DNA of 64,000 nt from Phoronis australis (Eukaryota; Animalia; Phoronida), in NCBI GenBank assembly GCA_002633005.1, contig NMRA01000178.1, forward strand, positions 696,410-760,409. Direction: 5' to 3'. This document shows positions 49,801 to 61,800 of this stretch, one piece after another. A model generated the notes under the pieces. The model was not told the origin of the DNA, ran no database searches, and saw nothing but the letters and a program-made list of their open reading frames with translations. How positions within the stretch are numbered: position 1 is the stretch's first letter; each line of letters opens with the position of its first letter. A program made the position numbers and the translations under genes.

Positions 49801-52800
49801 TTCGTCTGTGCCGACATTTATTGAGCTGACGCTGCAGAATTCTGGGATAGACTGGGTGACAGATAGTGCCGAGGAATACAACCACAAAGCTGGGAAGATT
49901 TATTTGATCTGCGGTATGGTACACGTCTTCAGCTTATTCAACTTCTCCCGTTTGTTCCGCTACTTAAAGAGAATACAGATCCTATTTCACTTGCCTGGCC
50001 GAGTCTGGCGTATCCTAAATCTCATCCTCGTGGTCACAGTCGCTTCCCACTGGAACAGCTGCTTCCAGTTCGCCATTGCATCTTGGGAAGTCTTTCCAAC
50101 AACCAGTTGGATAGTCAAGAAAGGACTACTCACAAAAGGCATCCCAGAAATCTACGCTCATAGCATCTTCAAGACGTTTTCGCACATGCTGAGTATAGGT
50201 TACGGATATTTTGCACCACAGTCGACGCTGGAAACGTTAGCCACCATAGTCAGTATGCTAATTGGCGCCATCTTCTACGCCATGTTTGTCGCTGACTTGA
50301 ATCACATGGTAATGCAGTCTGATACGGCCGGTAACAAGTACGACGAGAAGATCGAAGAAGTAAAACAATTCATGACATACCACAGACTGCCGAAACAGTT
50401 CAGACAGAAAGTTATACAGTACTACGATACAAAGTACAACCAACAGTATTTCGATCCTCATACTATGCTACAAAAAATTAATCCAAAGATAAAGGCACAA
50501 ATCATGTACTTAATATGCAAACAGTTAGTAGTGAAATCGAGCCTATTTGAAGACGCTAGTAAAGATTTAATAATGGATTTGTGTAGTTATCTACATTATG
50601 AGATATTCATGCCAGAGGACATTATAGTGACTGCTGGACACAAGAGCAAGCACATGTACTTTATAGAACATGGCCTGGTGCAAGTATCCAAAGGGGACGA
50701 CACAGTGGTGATGAGCATGGGAGATGGAACTCACTTTGGAGGTAGTGTAACAGCAAGTAACATTCATAGAGCAGCGTTCAGCTTCCACGTGTTCCCCACA
50801 CCCTTGTTGCCTTAAAGAATTTATGGTAACACAAACAGGTGACATTCAGCAGACTAAACTGACCCACGCAGTCGAACTCTAGTAGGGAGAAATAGATCCA
50901 TATGAAAAAAAACATCTGAGATATAGTAGTAAGTAGCACGTGATTTCTACAAGTCAACGTCGACAAATGATACTTTGCTGACAACTGGCAACCGTGAGTG
51001 GCATAGGAGGACACCTTTGACTAGATGAAAAATCTCATTTGGCATGAACTAAAATTTAAATTGTTTCCCAAGGAAAACTAACCATAAAATATTTGCGAGG
51101 TGCAAAACACTTAATACTTGTAATTTCACAAAAGATTTTTTCACATGTTCTGACAGTCAACATCAAAAAAGATATTATTTAACTTCCGACCTTCAGACTG
51201 GTAAAGAAAATCAAATGAACAGTGCAACGTCATTCAGAACTATTTTAAAGATGACGTTATAGTAGACATGAGCTACAGTAAAAATTCTACATTTTGGGAC
51301 ACAATATGGCGAACATGAGAAATTTCACAAATTACAAAATAAGTTTCAGAAAAATTTACTTTGCTTTTAGCATGTTTATATGACATGACGTAGCTATTGT
51401 CAAACAACATTTGGTAAAATTTAGAGCGTTTGCAATAACGTGATAAGCCTTTTAAAAAATAGAATGTCAATTTTAGCAATTATTTGCGCACCAAATTGAA
51501 GAATTGTTTCCATTAAAAGCAAAATGTTAACTGTTATGCCTCTTAGTCAGTTGGAACAGTTACTCATTAATTCTAAACTGTCACTCTCCTGTTCTAAAAC
51601 TGAAGAGCCTACATTTGACTGGTAACAGTCATCCAAATTTGATAGGCAAACCTTTTTGCAACATGGCTTTAACTAGTTCAAGGCAATGAATTGACAACAA
51701 AATAAACCGTAAGATTTACTGACCCACTCACAACAGATGGGCTACGTCAACCCCTAAAGTCAAACTTATTGAAATAACCCTCGCACACAACAAATCACTG
51801 TCATCACACACACACACACAAACACGCACGCACGCACGCACACACACAGGGACTGTGTTTGTATCTACATCCAAACTAATAGTGATGATGCATTAACCAT
51901 AGATGGTCATCAGTCATGTGTTAAAAAGTTTACTTTCATACGATCTCCATGATAGCAAGTAGCAGCTTATGTTAATAAAACAACAACGGATATAAACCAG
52001 ATTGACATGCTTCAGCGTTTATTAAAACACCATCATCAGAATCATGAAGATTAAAAAAAAAACACATTGGCCACCTTGCTAGGCCCAACCACAAGTAATG
52101 ATACACAGACACAGTCAGTTACAAGGAGTAACAATAGACTAGACTAACAATGACAACCTGTGGTGTTCCAGTTGCTTATTGAGATTGGGCTTGCACCAAT
52201 GGATGTGTAGAGCTTCGCGAATTTAAAGCTCCTTAGTTTGTTGTTTATGCTTGGTCTATTACAGCAAAGTCATAGAAAGAGCATTGCTCATAACAATGAT
52301 TGGAGCTCTGCAGATGAATATTAATATGTGAACTTCTGTCAGAATTTAGATGTTCCCTGGTCCGGGATTACTTTCATATTTTCATATACTACAGAGATGT
52401 CCCTGATCTATGATGAGACATCAGAGGTGACCGTTACTGCCAGTGAAACAACACACACCTACTATTTAACCAAGGAGGACTTTGAACAGGTAACAAAATG
52501 CTTTCTGTTCATCTTTCAAACTTGAAATCGATTGTCAGATATCCAACTCACAAATTTATTGTGAGAGACAATTAGTGAAGTGTAAAATCTTCACTTTCTT
52601 TTGGCTGATGTCGTGGTGGACCAGCCTATTTTATGTTTTTTGATGTGATGTTGGACCAGTCTATTTCACGTTGTACTGATGGGAAGGACGACCAGTTATA
52701 TTGAAGATGTGATGATGTTGATTTTGGGCCAAATAAGCAGTAAAAAATGTTTCTATACGGGTACATTAATGTAAACACATAGCATACACAACAATTGTGC

Positions 52801-55800
52801 TGGGGTTTCTTCTCAAGATGTGATGCTGGACCAGTCTATTTGACAGTATACTGATATGATGGTGGACCAGTCTATATAAAATTATACTGAATGGATGTGA
52901 TGTTGGACCAATTACATAATGATTATACTTAGCGTTGCTCTCAACAATTATTCTTCTAAACTCAATTCCTTTTATTCAATAAAAATTCCGGAGGTTGACA
53001 GCTGTATCACATATACATGGTCTGTAGTCAAGAATCCCATGATGCAGCATGCTAGAACTGAGTGCACTTTCTTGTCACTCACATGCTGTTGTGATGGCAA
53101 CGGATAAATGAGCAGTATATAGTCATAGGTAGCCAATAAAAAATTCAATATGCAAACGTGACATTGACCCAATAAAAAGTGGCCAAAGTTGATGTGGACC
53201 ATTATCTGCCCTATAGAAAAGAACACACAATCCAAGCACCTTATCTCCACTGAATAATGTCACAATGTGGTATACATTCAGCTCAGATCGATTACCACAT
53301 GTGTACTCAAAACGCTCACATCTTCTCATCTTTATAGCTAATGTTAATGCATAGTGGCGCTAGAGATCACATCTTGGACATAGTGACGGAGCGGTGTGAA
53401 GCCACTCGTGTACAGACCGAGATAATCCAGAATAAGCTCAAAGTGGCCGTCTCACATGTTGCCTTGGATACAGACTCTGTAACGTCACTTAGAGATCACA
53501 AATCTCATCAAAAGTCGAGGTTTGAAGTGCTGCACATCAATTAAAAAGCTTGCCTATGCACAGCTTGGTTGAATCACATGCGGACGCACACTGACAGCCA
53601 TGGATGCAGTGTATAGGAGTGAGCCAGTGAACAACATATAAAAGGCAAAGAGCGAGGCGAGTAGAGATATGCCTGCTCTCAACAAGAGAACAACCTGTTT
53701 ATAGTCACTCCAGGCCTATTACAACAACATGAGGAAAGTACTCACGTATCAAACTGAACACTATGTGTTCACAGAAAGGTCTCTTTTTGTTTCATTGTGT
53801 GCTAAATTGTATCTTGAGGTGACAAATGAATGTTATCTAAAGTAGTCAAGTAATGATTATTAAACTGTTTATTAAAACAGTATAGAGGTCACAAAGTGGC
53901 TAACCTTTAACCTTTGACTTTATTGTGTTTGCTGGTGACCACGACACTTCCTGTTTATGATGCTTGCTGGGAACCCATCGCGGACCGTACCCGGAACTTT
54001 TGACATCACTGTATTTTGTGCGGGATTTCTTTTTAGCAGGGTGGTAGTCATGTGACACCTGTCGAGGCTTTGGCAGTTGTTTTGAGGGGGGCAACTGTTG
54101 TTTTGAGGGGGGCAACTGTAAATGACAGAAGCTGACACAATTGATGGCAAAGCAATGAGTATCTTTTTAATGTAATATATAACTGTAACCTTCTTTAACA
54201 TTAAATATTGAATGCAACATAAAGACAGCTACATGTAACTGTTGGAATGACCAATGACGAAAAAAGAGGAAAAATTTCCAGGTGATGTATTTATTGTTCC
54301 ACAAAGAAATATATTTTTGTGATAGAAATATATTTTGTGTAGTAAAATTTAAGTGAAATAAACATTTTTTCACGAATAAAGTAAAATAATGATAAAAAGA
54401 TGCAAAAAGAGGAAACTGAAAATCAAATAAAAGGAAATCGAAATCAAAAAAAGAGGAAAATCCTCTTAAAAAAGGAAAATTCCAAGCTACAACATGGAGA
54501 AGACGTCTAACTCTTTGATAGCATCAAATATTGAAAGATGATAATCTATGCACATATAGCTCCCATTGGCCCTATATATTGCTCACGTTGACCCTATATA
54601 TTGCTAACACATTGACACACAGCCTTATGTGCTTTTTATTGTTATGTGGAGCACTGTTCGTTTACTGAGCAAGTTACATACAAGATATCTGTACCTCATC
54701 TCCATGATTACCATCACTGCCATCGTCAAGGGGCAAAAGGTCAAATACACTTTTCTCTTTGGGTGATTTCACAGCCCCTTCCCCATGGTCCAGAGTATCA
54801 ATACCAAGACGTGTAAGGCGCTCGGTATCAGACATTGACTGCTGAGATCGTCGCTCTATTTCTTCGACCTCTCGAAGTATGTCTTCAACTGTGCGCGGTG
54901 GCTTCCCTAATAAAAAATGCACACTATTTTAAGCGCATACGAGGAATTCCAGCTGAAAATACATCCAGGGCACATGTTTGGGCTAGAAAACAAACATCCA
55001 TTAGTCTATGCTTTGGACTTTCAAGGAATATCTTGCTATTGCAACTGGAACATAGTTTTACAAGATGACACCACGGGGATGATTTAATCAGGTTTCTGTT
55101 TCATGAAAAGTGACTTAATTCTTAAGACAGAATTTGAGTCTTACACTCCGCATATTAAGTATATTTCTGAAAAATAATTAAAACTATTTTTAGAAAATGA
55201 ACAAAGTAACTGAGAATAGACCAACAACTCATACTTACTGAGAAAATTTGTACAAATTATTTCCAGCTAATTATGGGCTAATAGTTACAGGACTATATTT
55301 GGTAGGTCATGAAGTAGGAGTGTAAGACAAAATTTCTGTCTTAAGTCTTTAAGTCACTCTTCAGGAAACAGAGCCCAAAAGCCTTGTGACATTGCACATG
55401 TCCAGCACACAACAACCAGATAATGTAAATCACCGAGTAAGAAGCTCATTCACTAAGGTCCCCCATGGTTCCTTCTAAACGTACAACGCAGCAGAAGATG
55501 CCAAATTATGGCTTAGTTAAAAATGTGGCAAAAACCCGCATGGTAACTTGACAACAGGTGGACAATAAATATGTGCATCGGCTTTAAGGTTTGTTCAGAA
55601 ATTTTGACGATATTTGACAAAAAGGGAATTAAATAAATGTAAACTTGTGTTTAAAACTAACTGGTGGTTCACTGAAGCTTGCCAATTGCCTTCCTCTTAT
55701 TAATAACTGCATTTCAAAGTACCTGCATCATGGCCTGACATAGTTTTCATTCCAAACTCCTCAGTCTCCCTATATTGAGATGATGTGCTCTCTTGTCTAT

Positions 55801-58800
55801 TCATAGAGGAAATATTTCCTGTTGTATTGGTTGGCCCCTCGCGAGTACTCCCCAAGGTTGACATGCCCACCTCTTGTAGCGCCCTCTGTAGCGCTGCTAT
55901 TTCTTGACTGGCAGTGTCGGAGTAGCCGTGGCCTGGACGAGGTCAAAGTTGAACAGATCACGACCAGGGCTCTAATCTGTGTACTTGAAATTGTTTATGA
56001 CTTTTTAAATGTTTCTTTAGTGCAAACTCAGCATAAGTGTGCACAAGTATATTATGGTTTAAGCATATGAGTAGCTTTTCCCAGTTTGCACTTAATGACC
56101 GCTAGGATTTGAGCTACAAAATTTCAAGTAAAAAGTTTAACTCAAGATTTTGATTTCAGGCTCAGACGTATAGCTATAATGCTGGGGTCATCAAGTGCAA
56201 AGTATGATTAGCCCATCATGCAAAGAAAGCATAATGTACTCAAGCCCAGTACAATAGACACACAAAAGTAGAACCTAAAATCATATGTTAAAATAATTTT
56301 GAGTTCAATTTGGAGTAGAAAGGTTAGACCCTGGGCCCAGTTGTTTTGGAAACCAATTTATTGATCACTTGGTTTGCTAACATCTTCTAAACAACAGATG
56401 AAATGACAGAATTGCGCCAAAAATATCATTTAAACAAATCAGTTTGAATAAAACTCGACAAATTATAATATACAATGTGTTTGGAAAACATTATCAAGTT
56501 TCGGCTACACGTTTAACGCAAACGCCAACATGTGAGGTCAGCATTCTTTGCTTACTGGGTCATAATGTTGACCTATATTTTTGTATTCAGTTTTGTCACA
56601 CGGGAGGGGGGGGGAACGACGCAAAGACCACTGTTCTCATGTAAGTGCAAAATGTGAGTTTTAATTGCCAATCTATCGTAAGAGATCGTCAGACGTATGA
56701 AACTTTTAAATGTTTTTAGAAAGCTTAGCTATCCAAGAGATGGACTGGGTGCATGTGACTTATTCGGTTGATTCTTTGAACTATGACCTTTGTTCTACGG
56801 CTCTCCTCACATTGCTGATTTTTCCAAGAAAAGCCATAGTAGGTGGTAATAAGTGACACAGAGATGGTGTACTCATACTTCATGCCAAAGCATCATTCTC
56901 AATTTAGGTAACTTTACATGAAAACAAATAAGAGGAATGCTTTGAATATCATACATATTCAAAGCAAGCAGTAATAACTAAGAGCTTGTAAATTAAACAC
57001 AGATCTTTTTTTTCAGTGTATTTTTGCTCAAAACCACTATAGTGATAAGTATCTGAAAAGATAATAGCTTAGAATTTATAACTGGGATGTTGACTGTTTT
57101 CACTGGGTGCAGAATATAATGATGTCGCCACGGTCATATAATTTACCCCTCCTCCGGGTTGCGAGCACGGTTTCACGCATTGCGGTAATCATCAACCAGT
57201 TGCTGGTAACAGTCAGCTTTATGTGTCCCTGATGTCAGAATAACAGGCGTTATTCAATGGAAGTAACTGGTTCTGAAATCAGGAAAGAATTCGGGACCCA
57301 CAAAACCTATGCTAGTCAGTTGTGTGACGGTGTTATCCTGCCTGCTGACAGTTTGTCCATTTTCTTGTTACCTATACCAAGTCTCTCCCGCCACTGCCAA
57401 TTCATGTGCCGCCACTACTGAACAGTGATTGTCACCAAAGTGTCACCCCGCTATTGGCTATTGTGTAACCCTTCTACAGTCGCCTTCGTGTCTAACGTGT
57501 AGCCGAAGCTCTCTAATGAAACTCATGCATATGCAAGAGTGAACTTGTGACCTCTGGTGACGTGTAGCCAAAACTCTTTAATATCAGAAGTAAGAAACTC
57601 ATTTTCAGTACCTGGTATTAAAAGATTTTTATAAAAAGTCGTGGAATCCAATGATTTCACACGAATGACCACACAGAACGTGATCAAACTGTACCTGTTC
57701 CTACAACAGACTTGGAGGTCACCTCTGGCCCATGACTCATCTCATTCTCCTCTCCCGTGTCTCTCACTGCCCGGGTTCCCAGTGTGGAGTCCATGGTTGA
57801 CTCCATTAAAGACACTCTAGACAACATGCTAGGCTTTTTGACATCACTCACCAGGGTGCGCTGTAATCACATCCAAAGCAGGAACCCACAGATTAAGACA
57901 TTTTTATTTGGACAAGATAATTTTACAACAACACTCATCATAACAATGGCATCAATCTCCAATTATATATTAAAATTAAAATTGCTTCAGGTAAACATTT
58001 CGTGAAAAATCATTTTTAAATGTTGAACCTTTTAACACTTCTTTTCAATTGCTCTCAAAAACCAGTAAAATCCAAATACTGATCTTTTGGTTGCCACTGG
58101 ACATAAAAAAACTACGACAACGTCTGTTATTTGTGTAATAGCCAACGGTAATAAGAATTCAAGCGAAAGTTAAATTACCGAGTTATCTTTGCTGGACTGT
58201 TCCTCTACACTGTCTTTGGCCTCTACACTGTCTTTGGTCTCTACACTGTCTCTGACCTCTACAACAGGCTTCGTTTCTTCTGCTTCAAACTCATCAGAGT
58301 ACTCTTCGTCATCTTACAGGGGAGATAAACACAACTGTCAGTAGGCAACAAAGCTTCACTACAGAAATAGCAGCTTAAACAAAACTGTTTGAAACCATTA
58401 TTAACAAAAAATCTTGAAAAATACCAGCAAGACTTAACATTAACAATAGCCGATGGCCTGCCAGCAGGTAATTTTTGCTGCCAGGCAATTGAAATTTCTA
58501 AGTAGCATAGCGACTTGATTTGAACAGTAAATCTGTATGTACAGAACTAAATGCTACACAACAGAACTTAGTAAACAACTCGGTGATTGTTGACCTTACA
58601 ACTCAATAATTTATTAAAGCAAGATTTTCCTGAAGCCAAGTAAACAAAAAAGTTTGTGTTAAATCTTGACAAGTGAACCAAACAATAAAAACTTGAACTG
58701 CTCACTCTTGTTGAATCCCAAGAAAGGATAATAAATAGAACCTTATTTCCATTTTACAGAAAGGCAAAATTTTAGGCCAAGGTTTGATTCATCGTCAGTT

Positions 58801-61800
58801 ATGTCAAGCTCACAGTAACAAGATTCTACACTTGGATGTGAATAGTACCTGAGACGTGTCTTGTCTGTATCATTGTGTCACCAGGAGTAGTCGCTGACAT
58901 GTCCAGTTTTTTGTTCAGTTTCGAATAGTCCAACGTTGAGTCTGCTTGATCTTCCAGTTCCTGGTAGTAACAACACAGAGTAGAGAAGTTCTTAACCAAA
59001 TTTAAAGTGCAGGAAAGTTGTTATTTTGTGCAATTTGTAAAGACTGATACATGCATAACAGTATTCAGGAACTATGTTCCATACTCGATAATTGACCAAT
59101 AACACAGCATGCTTCCAGAAACTATATACAATTTTGTACTCGAATCATGCCGAATGATTGGTTAAGTTTCAAGTTTGAGTAGAGTTGGAGTTGCAAGATT
59201 AGACGAGGACTTGCAACTTGTTCAGAAACTTAGAACACATTCTGCTTCCTTCTAGAATTGGACAACTTGGGCTCATGCACAGTCACACTTTTACACTCAA
59301 GTAGATTAAATCTATAAAGTATAATTTAACAATTTCACAATATTCTGTTGACTGTGAGGCAACAAGGCGGCGGACGAATGCATAGAGGAGAGCCAGAGGC
59401 AGCCAGCTGCCCAGCAAGACTAATCGGAGATCAGCTGTCCCCACCAACCATCCACCCATCTTCTAAATGCCCAGACGTAACCCATTTGACAAAATACTTG
59501 TCAACTAAGCATAAGTATTTTAAAAGCATTCTGTGGCTATTCAAGGGTATTTTAAGATGGTCAACAGATTACAATAATGTAATAACAGTAACTATCCTCA
59601 TTTCATTGTCCACAGACAACATTTTCCTAAACGCATTGTGGCCTTATTTACCTTGAAGAACCTTTCCTTGTCAGCTTGTTCATCAAGCGTGTCAAAACCA
59701 GGCCGTTGTCTTTCACTTGGTATTTCGGAGGTCGTGTCTTCCAAGCTAGTCTCGACCAATGTGGACCTGAACAAGACAAAAAACCAATCATCAGTTCATT
59801 ACTCCATAATGATCACAGCCAGGATCTAATATTCAAATTCACAGAGCCTAACCAATCACGTCACATTGTTTGAGTACAAATTTATGACTTCATTCAAAGC
59901 GTGACATGTAATTGGTCAATTTTTAAGTTGAGTCGTGAGCACACACATCTGGAAGCAGATTTAAGTAGACAGCACACCATCATCAAGTCACTCACTGTTT
60001 CTGAAACTCATTTCTACTTTTGCCCGGATAATCCTCGAGACTGTCTTTGCTCATTGAAATGTCTCCGATTGTCGTTTGCAGAGTGTCGGCCATGTCTCCA
60101 CTTCCTGTTCGCCGAACACGAGGCCTCGGAGTAGGCTCGGGGGTAACTGTCTTACTGGGTTTAAGCAAGTCGGCTCTTTCATCTTCCTTGGCAGTGTGAT
60201 CAGCAGTTCCACTGGTCTTGAGGAAACTCTTCACATATTTTTCAGTCCCTTTCTTGGGTTTGAGGAAGCTTTTTTTGACAACAGAACCTGTATTTGAAAA
60301 GACACAATAGCACTTGTCTAGGGAACTCAAAGTGAACAGTGGAGATTCCAGTTTCGCATTTTAAAGTCTTGTAAACAGATGGATAAAGTTCCATGTAAAC
60401 AGGTATTCCTGATCAGCAAGTTTCGAGTAAGTCTCACCAGAAAATGTTCCACTTAAGAATTCTGTTATGATTAACCCAAACCTACCATACACATAAGATT
60501 TTATAGGAAAATGTCTAATTTTGGAATACCATATCTCAGAAATAAATGATCAGATAGTATGTGAAACTTGCACACACTACGCTTTAGACACTGTTCTAAA
60601 TAGGACTGTTAGAAATTGTTTTTAAAATGTCCAACTTCTGCTATCAAAAAATAAGACTTTTCTGATTTTTAAGAAAAACTCAAAAATTGTATTAAATGTT
60701 ACAGAACTGTAACCGCAGTGTTCTTCACGGGTTGTTATAAGAGGGCGCTTCGTGATTTGTTTAACAAGGCGCTTCAGGGACTATTATAACCGGCTGCTGC
60801 ATGTGTTGTTATAACCGAGCGCTGCTTCATGGGTTTTTATAACAGGGCCCTTTGCCCACTCTTCATTTCAGCTGTTGACTAAATGCCCCTTTTCAATACT
60901 ACCACCCTCTTGCCCCCCCCCTTTTTAATATGTTTAGATAGCAAATGTTTACCTGCCCTATTTTCACTCCTCATAAATCCGGATAAGACAATCAGTGCTT
61001 ACAATGTTAAAGATGCATGGAGCATGAAAATTCGTAAAAAATATCGTTTAAGCAAAACATGTCAAATCTACTTTTTCTAGGAGGCTCTAACATGACAGTT
61101 ATTCACATTGAATATTGCAAGAACATCAAGAAAAAATCATCCAAGTCACTTTTTTGAAGCGCAGTCATAACATAAACTCTTTCATGCCAACAGACATTCA
61201 AATTCTCCGACCCTACTGATATGATATGCGTTCATGCACTCAAAGAAGTCCAACTGGCTTTTGCTTGAAATCGCCATTGCTTTGTTTACATCAAGGATCA
61301 CATTCTCCACATAAGGGAAATGTGCTACGTCTATGTCTTGCCATACCAAATAAGCGGACATGCTTTGCCCTGTGGGAGAAAATTTGACAAAGTGACGAGC
61401 AGTTGACAGATTGTTCTTTTGAAATTTGAAACTAAAGGAAAAATGCTTTGACAACAGAAATTCAAAATCTTTACGAACAGTTAAAATACCTGAACAGTTT
61501 GACTTTTGTTTCAGTGGCAGAGAACTCCTTTGAATAATGAAATTTAGTCTATCTTACGCATTCCAGGCCTCTTGAATAATTCCTTCTCTCACTGCAGTAA
61601 TCAGCCTGAGACATAATAGCTGAAGAGAGTTCTTTTCCAATCCACCCCAATGCCAGTAACAAAAATGCACATCTTTCACATTAAATATTCCCTGTCCCAG
61701 CAAAGTATAGACAAATTCATTTCAAGTTTAGGGGCAATATGCTCAGTATGTAGCACATACCAACTGTAATGAAAGCTGTCAAAGACAACCCCCTTATCTA

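Noticed and set aside
61182-61680. Coding-like minus-strand segment in a CEP162 intron
   Set aside because: Multiple stops and no recognisable motif; cannot be called a gene or pseudogene from sequence alone.
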